This document shows positions 56,814 through 64,000 of a DNA stretch of 64,000 nucleotides, piece after piece; positions within the stretch are counted from its first letter, which is position 1, and each line of letters opens with the position of its first letter. Source of the stretch: a virus (taxonomy: Duplodnaviria > Caudoviricetes); the IMG/VR virus record IMGVR_UViG_3300013383_000017, positions 64,001 through 128,000 of that record. One strand, given 5' to 3'. The translations under genes and the position numbers were made by a program. Under the pieces are notes generated by a model that ran no database searches, was not told the DNA's origin, and saw only the letters and a list, made by a program, of their open reading frames with translations.

Positions 56814-57464
56814 TTATTTCCAATAAATTAATGGTTTATTATATTTAATATTAATACCATCTATCTGTTTAAATATATTAGGTAGCAATATATTATTTCT
56901 GGCACAATAAGATGGATGGGGTGAAAGTATTGTAAATTCTTTATCTATAATAGTAGAATATCTTTTACACCATTCTCCAAATAATACAAATATAGTATGC
57001 GGATATTCACTTTTTATATTTATAATTAATTGTTTTGTAAATAAGTCCCAAATTTCTAAATTAGATGCTGGGTTATTTTCTATTACTGTAAGTGCAGAGT
57101 TTAAAAGAAGGACCCCTTGTTTAGCTAAATAATGTAAATCTTTTTTACCTCCTATAGGAACATCATCATAGTATTTATCTATAGAATCAAGTAAAACTTT
57201 TAACGATGGTGAAGTATATAATGATTCACTATTATTAGCAAAACAAAGTCCTGTAGCAATATCTTTTTGTGAATATGGGTCTTGCCCTAAAAAAACTATA
57301 TTTAGTTTATCAATAGGACAATCAAAAAAGGCTTTAAATATATATTTTTTATTTGGTAAAATATTATATTTAAAAGATAAAGAATTAATATTATTTAAAG
57401 CCTTTTCTAATTCTTTTTTAGGTATTAAAGGTTCCCATTTTTCAAAAAATTGAGAGTAATTCAT
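56814..57464 (-). CDS. ung: Family 1 uracil-DNA glycosylase
   Basis: LGQDPY, ATGLCF, SPSL, QGVLLLNSALTV and HPS. Confidence 0.9.
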   Translation of the reverse strand: MNYSQFFEKWEPLIPKKELEKALNNINSLSFKYNILPNKKYIFKAFFDCPIDKLNIVFLGQDPYSQKDIATGLCFANNSESLYTSPSLKVLLDSIDKYYDDVPIGGKKDLHYLAKQGVLLLNSALTVIENNPASNLEIWDLFTKQLIINIKSEYPHTIFVLFGEWCKRYSTIIDKEFTILSPHPSYCARNNILLPNIFKQIDGINIKYNKPLIYWK

Positions 57465-58002
57465 CTATAACTTCATTAGGAGCTGTTTTTAATTTTAATT
57501 TTGCATATTCTGTTACATTTTCATTACTATCACATTCTGCTGGTATCATTTTTTCAAAGACACACTTAGAAAAATCATAAAAGAGTAGAGATAATCCATT
57601 GATTTCAATATCTTTTATATGTTGTACTAACCATTTTTCTAAAGGGTCATTAGAAGTTAAACATTCTTTATTTAATAAAAAAATACCATGTGATGATATA
57701 AAAACAGGAATATTTTTATTATTATAAATAATACCATTATATGTGTAATATATAGTATCTTTTAATTTTGCTTTGCATTTATTAGTATTTCTTGCTAATA
57801 ATAACAGTAGACTTGATACATTTTTAACTACAATAGTTATACTGTGCCTATAATTAACTGTATAAATACATGGCATAGAAATAGGTAATGTATATTTATA
57901 ATTACTAGTGTCTCTATTAATAATTATATAATAAGAATCAATATCAGCAGGTATTCTATTAATAGGATAGTTTAAGTATTTCCAAGTTTTAATTGATATC
58001 AT
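57442..58002 (-). CDS. Hypothetical protein directly downstream of the E1-like gene
   Basis: Starts 3 nt after the E1 stop and overlaps the ung start. Confidence 0.65.
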   Translation of the reverse strand: MISIKTWKYLNYPINRIPADIDSYYIIINRDTSNYKYTLPISMPCIYTVNYRHSITIVVKNVSSLLLLLARNTNKCKAKLKDTIYYTYNGIIYNNKNIPVFISSHGIFLLNKECLTSNDPLEKWLVQHIKDIEINGLSLLFYDFSKCVFEKMIPAECDSNENVTEYAKLKLKTAPNEVIDELLSIF

Positions 58003-58005
58003 TAT

Positions 58006-58851
58006 TTATTTTTGTTTTAAAAACATTAATTCTGCATTATATTCTGTATAGAAAGGTAAGTCCCTTTCCATTAAAGGATTACAGTCAAGATTAGTAACAT
58101 AATTTATAAAAAGATTAGTCATTAAGGAACCTATTAAAGTAGCAGTATAAGTTGTTTGTTTGTAACTACATATTGATTGTTCCGCTTCTGCATCATCAAA
58201 TAACCACTTTTCCTTATACTCTTCTATTCTTTTTTCATCATGTGCAGGAATACAGAATATCTGTAGCTGCTCTGCTGCTAACCTTCCATCTATAAAAACA
58301 CCACTAGTATTAGTAGTATCCCGTAACCAACTATGAAATGCTATTTTTCTAGTTTGCATATTATCTACACAACAAAATGTTATAGGACATAACTTATAAA
58401 TATCTGAAAATCTTTCACTATAACAATATAAGTCTACATTATCACTAAATAATACAATATTTAAGCGTAAAGCATCTACTTTATATTTTCCTATATCATT
58501 TATTGTATACATTTGTCCAGATATATTTTCTTCTCCTACTTTATCTGGATCAAAACACCTTATTTTAGCTAGATTTAATCTACTTAGATTATAAACTAAA
58601 TTACTACCTATTCCTCCACAACCAATAACAGCTACTTCCTTAGTTTTTACTGCTTCAAACCATATTGCTGAAGAAAATCTAGAGGTCTTTAAATCTATTT
58701 TTTCTTCATCAGTTTTTATTATTGGTAGTATTTTATTTTCTTCAGTTACTGTAATCTCTTCTTCTGTCACTGTTGGTGTGGTTGTTTGAAATAATTCACT
58801 ATATTCTTCTGGTGATAGTATTTGTCTAAAAGTGTTTTCTATATTTTCCAT
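58006..58851 (-). CDS. ThiF/E1-like ubiquitin-activating enzyme
   Basis: VAVIGCGGIGS, FDPDKVGEENISGQ, IGKYKVDA, CVDNMQTR and FIDGR; candidate catalytic Cys228 (QSICSYKQ). Confidence 0.88.
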   Translation of the reverse strand: MENIENTFRQILSPEEYSELFQTTTPTVTEEEITVTEENKILPIIKTDEEKIDLKTSRFSSAIWFEAVKTKEVAVIGCGGIGSNLVYNLSRLNLAKIRCFDPDKVGEENISGQMYTINDIGKYKVDALRLNIVLFSDNVDLYCYSERFSDIYKLCPITFCCVDNMQTRKIAFHSWLRDTTNTSGVFIDGRLAAEQLQIFCIPAHDEKRIEEYKEKWLFDDAEAEQSICSYKQTTYTATLIGSLMTNLFINYVTNLDCNPLMERDLPFYTEYNAELMFLKQK

Positions 58852-58867
58852 TTTATAAAATTATTAT

Positions 58868-60013
58868 TTAAAATTCATTTGAAAACATATAAGTATTCAG
58901 TATATCTAATATGTTATCAATATAATCATTAGATTTCATTGTTCTTAATAGTTTAGCTATATTATAAGCATATATACACATTATTGATACTGTAATATCT
59001 TCATCTGAATTATCATAATTTATATACCTTTCTAGTTTATCATCTTCTATATGACTTAATATATAATCACAAAGTCTTTCTATGTAATCAGTATAGGTAA
59101 AAATATCAGAAAAATAGTTATCAAGAGTTTTTACCATATCTTTTTCTACATATTTTCTAATATCATCAATATTATTGCACTGAGAACATACATTTGCTGA
59201 TACTAATTTATAAGTTACATCATATAAAGTATGTAAATCTATAGGAGCTTTACTATAAAAAGTACCTACATCTTTTAGCTCTACTTCTTCATCTTTCTCT
59301 TTTGAAAAATTTAATGATATAAATCCTTTATTGTCAGTGTCATGGTTATCAAACAAAGAAGGGTATATAGATTTATAATTTGTTACTTTTTTAGCTGTTA
59401 GTTCCTTATATCTATCTAGAATATCTTTATTGATCGAATCATTCTTTCCTTCAATTACTATTTCTAGAGGAAACCACTCTATACCTGTTACTTTAGAGCA
59501 ATTTATATTTTTAGTATCACTAAAATTATCATCAAAACACTTTGTAGTTACTGTTGATACTCCTGTAATAGTCGTTATTACTTGTCTTGTAATTCTTGCA
59601 GTATATTGTTCTGCATTATTTACAATCAAAGAAAGAAAATTACAAGTTTCTTTTCCTTCTTTTTCTAGTGTATCTTCATCTGTACCACTAAAGAAAGTCT
59701 GCATCTGTTGATGTGAGTGAATTAATCCTATTTTACAGTCTAATAAATCTGAAAGTAACATATATTGTGTTATTTCAGCATCTACTTTGAATTCAGTAAA
59801 AGTAGCATTTCCAACATCAGATACTAGAAAATCTTCTACTGTTAATTTAATACCATTTTCAAAATTCTCTTTATAATTATAAAATAAATATCCAGACCAT
59901 TCTGTTGTTGGGGATACTTTACACCATTGTTGTATCTTCTCAAAGACTTTTTTAGGTATAAATAATTGTTGCTTTACAGCACTTTTTGTTTTAAATAATA
60001 TACTCTGTTCCAT
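58868..60013 (-). CDS. JAB/JAMM (MPN+) metallopeptidase with C-terminal extension
   Basis: E38 (EWSG) and H99-S-H101-x7-S109-x2-D112 give an exact JAMM motif. Confidence 0.85.
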   Translation of the reverse strand: MEQSILFKTKSAVKQQLFIPKKVFEKIQQWCKVSPTTEWSGYLFYNYKENFENGIKLTVEDFLVSDVGNATFTEFKVDAEITQYMLLSDLLDCKIGLIHSHQQMQTFFSGTDEDTLEKEGKETCNFLSLIVNNAEQYTARITRQVITTITGVSTVTTKCFDDNFSDTKNINCSKVTGIEWFPLEIVIEGKNDSINKDILDRYKELTAKKVTNYKSIYPSLFDNHDTDNKGFISLNFSKEKDEEVELKDVGTFYSKAPIDLHTLYDVTYKLVSANVCSQCNNIDDIRKYVEKDMVKTLDNYFSDIFTYTDYIERLCDYILSHIEDDKLERYINYDNSDEDITVSIMCIYAYNIAKLLRTMKSNDYIDNILDILNTYMFSNEF

Positions 60014-61037
60014 TGCTACTTATTGTTGCATTTAATAATTTTATTATACATACTACTATATAATTAAAAGCACTTTCTCCTAATCCATATACTTTATTAT
60101 ATTCTTGATAACCATTATTTTTTATTTTAATGTGTACTGGTTCTCCTTTAAAATTAAAATAACTAATAGTTGGATATCTAGATATAACATCTTCTAAACT
60201 AGAAAAAGGATAATAACTCACATTATTAGTTTCTGTTTTCCATAAAGTATTGTTTTTAAAAACTCTTATCGCCAAAAAACTTCTTTTTGTACTTAGAGGA
60301 ATACTGGTAACTAAATTACACCATTCAATATAACTATTTGAAATGTCTATATAACAATCTGAAATAGATTTATTGAACCAAAATATGCTACCATTATAAG
60401 AAAATGGGGTATCTTCTTTTTTAATATAATACCTAATAAAAGAATTTAATATTGATTTATCATTAGATGGTATATTATTTATTATATTTGTTCTTAAGTT
60501 ACTAAATAATATTGGTGTTAAGTGTTCTTTTTTATTTACATTACTTAAATATCTATAGGGTACACCTCGTAGACTTTCTGTTTTTACATATAAAGATAAC
60601 TCAAAACAAAATAGTTCCCATTTATCTAAATTATTATTTATCAACAATTCATATTGAGTTCTTTTTATAGGTCCTGTTCCTAGACATGGTGTTTTCCATT
60701 CATACTTATATGGTATACCTTGTATGTGAGAATGACAATAGCTATGTTCTAATTGAGCTATAGTAAATGTAGTACCAGTCATAGTAAATAAATTAAATAA
60801 TTTACCTTCTTTAGTAAGGGGTACTTGCACCCAAAGATCTTCCACATCTAGACTTTCATTATTTTCATTAGATATAGTTACTTTTGGAAAATGTACTATG
60901 ATATTACAAAATTCAGTATTATCTGTATTTGTATCTTCTCTATTAGTAATATTTAAATCAGTATTTTCTTCTCCAAAAAAGTCTTTAAACACATTATAAA
61001 CCTCGTTTACTTGTGTTGTGTTTTCATTGCTACTCAT
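59991..61037 (-). CDS. Putative prokaryotic E2-like conjugating enzyme
   Basis: YCHSHI...PCLGTGPI (His102/His104, Cys118) resembles the HPH...CLG pattern of prokaryotic E2 folds; lies between the Ubl and JAB genes. Confidence 0.55.
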   Translation of the reverse strand: MSSNENTTQVNEVYNVFKDFFGEENTDLNITNREDTNTDNTEFCNIIVHFPKVTISNENNESLDVEDLWVQVPLTKEGKLFNLFTMTGTTFTIAQLEHSYCHSHIQGIPYKYEWKTPCLGTGPIKRTQYELLINNNLDKWELFCFELSLYVKTESLRGVPYRYLSNVNKKEHLTPILFSNLRTNIINNIPSNDKSILNSFIRYYIKKEDTPFSYNGSIFWFNKSISDCYIDISNSYIEWCNLVTSIPLSTKRSFLAIRVFKNNTLWKTETNNVSYYPFSSLEDVISRYPTISYFNFKGEPVHIKIKNNGYQEYNKVYGLGESAFNYIVVCIIKLLNATISSNGTEYII

Positions 61038-61048
61038 TTTAATTAATT

Positions 61049-61075
61049 TATCCCCAAGAATATATCTTGGGGATA
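61049..61075. other. Perfect 11-bp stem hairpin between the Ubl-like and E2-like genes
   Basis: tatccccaaga-atata-tcttggggata; no U-tract on the coding (-) strand. Confidence 0.8.
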
Positions 61076-61085
61076 TTAAATAATA

Positions 61086-61670
61086 TTAAATTAAACCATT
61101 AAATAAAGCTAATAGGTCTTCTTCTTTATTAGATTCTTTTAGATACTCATTTAATGCATAGAATATAAATTGTTTTTCTCTCTCTGAGAATTCTTTATTA
61201 TTCTTTACCCATGTCATAAATGAATTTATTGATGAATCTTCACTATTATGGCTACTTGCTATTTGTGTAGTTTTCCAACTATCTATATAACTTTCTAGAG
61301 TTTGAGTAGGAAGGTTAGTAAAGGAATAACCATAAATATCTTTAATAGGCTTATTTAAATTATTTGTAGTAATAAAATCATAACATTCTGCCCTAGTAAG
61401 TCCAGAAGCAATCTTTTTCTGTGCTGTAGTTATTAGGAATACTAATTCATTAGTAGGATTACCATTCTTATCAGGTACATTTGTAGGAAGTATAGCATCA
61501 TCTACAAATAGTTCTGTCTTTGATCTTCCTTCAAGAAATGCCATACCAGTACTTTCAATTCCTACATTTAAAAGTTCTGCTCTTAATTCACCAAGTGTTG
61601 TAGCATTTGACATAAGTTCTTTTCTTGACTGTGTTGTGGATGAGATAACTGTAATTTTTCTTGTTTCCAT
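61086..61670 (-). CDS. Putative ubiquitin-like (beta-grasp) precursor with C-terminal extension
   Basis: First 90 aa follow a beta-beta-alpha pattern (RKITVIS / RKELMS / ATTLGELRAEL), then DDAILP and a final strand LVFLIT leading to KKIASG90; about 100 helical residues follow. Confidence 0.6.
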   Translation of the reverse strand: METRKITVISSTTQSRKELMSNATTLGELRAELLNVGIESTGMAFLEGRSKTELFVDDAILPTNVPDKNGNPTNELVFLITTAQKKIASGLTRAECYDFITTNNLNKPIKDIYGYSFTNLPTQTLESYIDSWKTTQIASSHNSEDSSINSFMTWVKNNKEFSEREKQFIFYALNEYLKESNKEEDLLALFNGLI

Positions 61671-61710
61671 AATATAATAAATTAAAATAATAAATAAATT
61701 GTTAATAAAA

Positions 61711-62709
61711 TTAAAATGGTGTTGCCACCAATGTTGAAATAACTTCTTTTACTTTTTGTCTGTTAAAGTTTTTACATAAATCTGATGGGTCTTTAGATTG
61801 ATATTCTGTAGGTATTTCTATTTGATATAAATCAAATAAACTTGCTAACTTATTACCAAAGATATGACCATGATTTTCTGTAGATTTAAAATCATTATCA
61901 TATAAAATAAAGACTTTATCAAATCTATTTTTTAACTGATTTATAACTTCTTTTTTTGGTATATAACCTTCTCCTTGTAAACTAACTGATGGAATTAATG
62001 TATTTTCCCATATACATAGGGCATCTTTTCTTGAAGATGTTATAATTAGATTCTCCCCTTTTTCTGGTAGTTTAGTCCATAAATCCCATACTGAAGCATT
62101 ATGTTTATTTAACCATTTTTGTTTAATATTAAACGGTTGATATATTTTGTAAGATAGTATATTATCTTTATTCTCTACATAAACATAAGCATATTTATCA
62201 GCAGGGAAAATTAATTCTTTATTATTCTTATATAAAAATATATGAGATATAGGATATATATCTCCAAACTTTAACCAAGAAAGAGAAATACCATAACTTT
62301 CCCAGTAATCTAAATCATACTGTTTCCATTCTCTTGTTTTTACTTTTATAGAAGAAGATGTTATAATATGTTTTTTATTATAATAAGTTTCTTTTTTATA
62401 TATAGTAGCATTATTATTTATTTTATATAAATCTTTATTTATTCTATTTAATACTTCAAAATAATTACAATTCCAAGTTAATTTAAATAATTCTATTATA
62501 TTACCATGATTATATGTTGCAAAATCTTTAAAAAGAATAGAATTATTACTATAAAAAATCCCTACAGAGGGTTTCTTATCTTCTCTGTAGGGAGCATTTA
62601 TTAAACATGGAATAGTAGTTATATTAAAATAATAATGTAATAATGCTTCTTCTGAAACACTATCTAGAATGTCTATATATGAAACACTACTATTTCCTTT
62701 ACTTATCAT
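61711..62709 (-). CDS. DNA primase (DnaG-like TOPRIM)
   Basis: APYREDKKPS N-terminal domain, IITSSRKDAL, ILYDND and KDPSD. Confidence 0.8.
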   Translation of the reverse strand: MISKGNSSVSYIDILDSVSEEALLHYYFNITTIPCLINAPYREDKKPSVGIFYSNNSILFKDFATYNHGNIIELFKLTWNCNYFEVLNRINKDLYKINNNATIYKKETYYNKKHIITSSSIKVKTREWKQYDLDYWESYGISLSWLKFGDIYPISHIFLYKNNKELIFPADKYAYVYVENKDNILSYKIYQPFNIKQKWLNKHNASVWDLWTKLPEKGENLIITSSRKDALCIWENTLIPSVSLQGEGYIPKKEVINQLKNRFDKVFILYDNDFKSTENHGHIFGNKLASLFDLYQIEIPTEYQSKDPSDLCKNFNRQKVKEVISTLVATPF

Positions 62710-63620
62710 TACTTAACTAACCAACTACTAGGTACTTCTTGTGTTGTAGGTTCTACTTTGGTAGGGGTATTTACATATTCTTGAAGATTAGTAAGTGTGC
62801 CATCTACAAAGAATTGTGTATTCTTTATATTACTGCTTTCAGAAGCTCTTTCTTGAGCATCTTTGATATCATCATAGAGTTTTGTATATTTAGAAACACC
62901 ACATCTAAGTACTTTATTAGTATATACTGTTTGATATTGGTCATTATCTTCAGTAGTCCTAACACCAAATGCTACTTTCATTTTATTAGTAGGTTGATAT
63001 GAAAGTACTTCTTGTAGTTCTGAGAAATCCCCCTTAAAATAATCTGCTACTTTCTCTAATCTAGCTGTACAATCTTCTGGATGTGCAGTCATTACCCACT
63101 CTCCATTTTTATAATCCATTACATTAGGAATATTAAGATATACTTTCAATGCTTCTGTAAGGGCTTCTTCACCTACATAAGCAGCTCTATAATCATTAGT
63201 AATGTTAAATGGATGCTCTATTCCATCTTTAGTATAGGTAGGAATTTCTTTATTAGCAAACTGTTCTGTAGTAACCCAAGCAAATCTACCATACTGATCA
63301 ACTACTTGTAGTTTAGTTCCATCTGCATTCTTTCTAGGCTGATTTCTAAGAATAAAAGAAGCTCTAACTGTCTTTTCTATATCATTATTTCTAGTAGGAT
63401 CAGTTTGTAATACCCATTCTATTCTAGCCATCTCTACAGATTCCCCATTAACATCTATTGTTGAAACATAAGATGGCTCTTCTGTAACTACATCTCTATC
63501 ATAGATAGAATTAAGAGTTTTCATATCTGGGCAAATTGCCTTTACAAATACTGAACCAACACCTACATAATACTTTTGACTAGCTGTTTCTACTGAAACT
63601 TTTCCTTTTGATATTGCCAT
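62709..63620 (-). CDS. Conserved replication-module protein (possible ssDNA-binding protein)
   Basis: Translationally coupled to primase; beta-rich with a flexible C-tail. SSB role is inference only. Confidence 0.45.
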   Translation of the reverse strand: MAISKGKVSVETASQKYYVGVGSVFVKAICPDMKTLNSIYDRDVVTEEPSYVSTIDVNGESVEMARIEWVLQTDPTRNNDIEKTVRASFILRNQPRKNADGTKLQVVDQYGRFAWVTTEQFANKEIPTYTKDGIEHPFNITNDYRAAYVGEEALTEALKVYLNIPNVMDYKNGEWVMTAHPEDCTARLEKVADYFKGDFSELQEVLSYQPTNKMKVAFGVRTTEDNDQYQTVYTNKVLRCGVSKYTKLYDDIKDAQERASESSNIKNTQFFVDGTLTNLQEYVNTPTKVEPTTQEVPSSWLVK

Positions 63621-63645
63621 AATTTAATTTAATTTAATTGTTATT

Positions 63646-63999
63646 TTATTCATTAGTTGTTTCTTCACTTACTTCTACTTCTTCTGGTACTTCTGGTAGT
63701 TTTTCTACGATTATACTCCAAGTTCCATCTTCATTTTTCCTAAGAGTATCTAGATTTGGTTCATAACTAAATCCATTTGAAGCACCTTGAACTCTATTTA
63801 TTAAATCTATAGAATTAAATCCACCAGTTATTAGTCTAGACCCTGTTTCTATAGCTTGAATTTCTTCTTCAAGATTCTTAATTTTAGTTTCTAGTTCTTC
63901 TTTTTGTGCTTTTAATGTTATGTACCTACTTACTCTTGGATACACATTTTGTGCATTTCTTTTTAGAAATGCTAAATCTCTTACTGTTAATGTTTTCAT
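63646..63999 (-). CDS. Hypothetical coiled-coil protein with an acidic tail
   Basis: ORF at the window edge; the start may lie further upstream. Confidence 0.6.
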   Translation of the reverse strand: MKTLTVRDLAFLKRNAQNVYPRVSRYITLKAQKEELETKIKNLEEEIQAIETGSRLITGGFNSIDLINRVQGASNGFSYEPNLDTLRKNEDGTWSIIVEKLPEVPEEVEVSEETTNE

Positions 64000-64000
64000 A

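Noticed and set aside
42047-57464. Uracil-substituted or hypermodified genome suggested by the nucleotide enzymes
   Set aside because: ThyX, dUTPase and UDG together act to exclude uracil; no base-modification genes were recognised.
58006-58851. ThiF/MoeB for thiamine or molybdopterin synthesis
   Set aside because: No ThiS/ThiG/MoaD/MoaE genes nearby, no CxxC zinc motifs, and the neighbours are JAB and E2/Ubl-like genes.
7583-63311. Many 60-140 aa antisense or nested ORFs in the track (e.g. 21188-22880 -, 29591-30649 +, 37379-39686 +, 47467-47790 +)
   Set aside because: They are shadows of long AT-rich genes with F/L/S/I-biased composition and no motifs.
1-64000. Genome-wide stop-codon reassignment (TAG=Gln or TGA=Trp)
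   Set aside because: Very long ORFs are open in the standard code with dense packing, and TAG ends genes right at terminators (3047, 5799, 12252).
1-64000. tRNA genes (including an amber suppressor)
   Set aside because: Intergenic spaces are short and accounted for by terminators, promoters or introns; no cloverleaf was recognised by eye. tRNAscan-SE would be decisive.

Overview
This is a 64-kb, AT-rich segment of a crAss-like (Crassvirales-type) phage genome, probably infecting Bacteroidota, and it uses the standard genetic code. The + strand (1-27.4 kb) carries a tail-fibre-like gene, a small accessory operon, and the virion module: putative scaffold, major capsid protein, ring/tail proteins, muzzle and cargo proteins. 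The - strand (27.5-64 kb) carries a large cargo protein, a 3429-aa virion RNA polymerase polyprotein, and a replication/nucleotide-metabolism module (ThyX, GroEL, thioredoxin, FTR-like protein, PolA, dUTPase, NrdD/NrdG, nucleases, UDG, primase). Three group I introns with HNH homing endonuclease ORFs interrupt the capsid, polA and nrdD genes; their splice sites were resolved by hand from P1/P10 pairing and frame restoration. NrdD also carries an intein between its paired active-site cysteines. The most notable element is a four-gene cluster at 58.0-61.7 kb that looks like a complete phage-encoded ubiquitin-like conjugation system (Ubl precursor, E2-like, JAB/JAMM peptidase, E1/ThiF). All family calls come from motif recognition by eye; no database searches were run.
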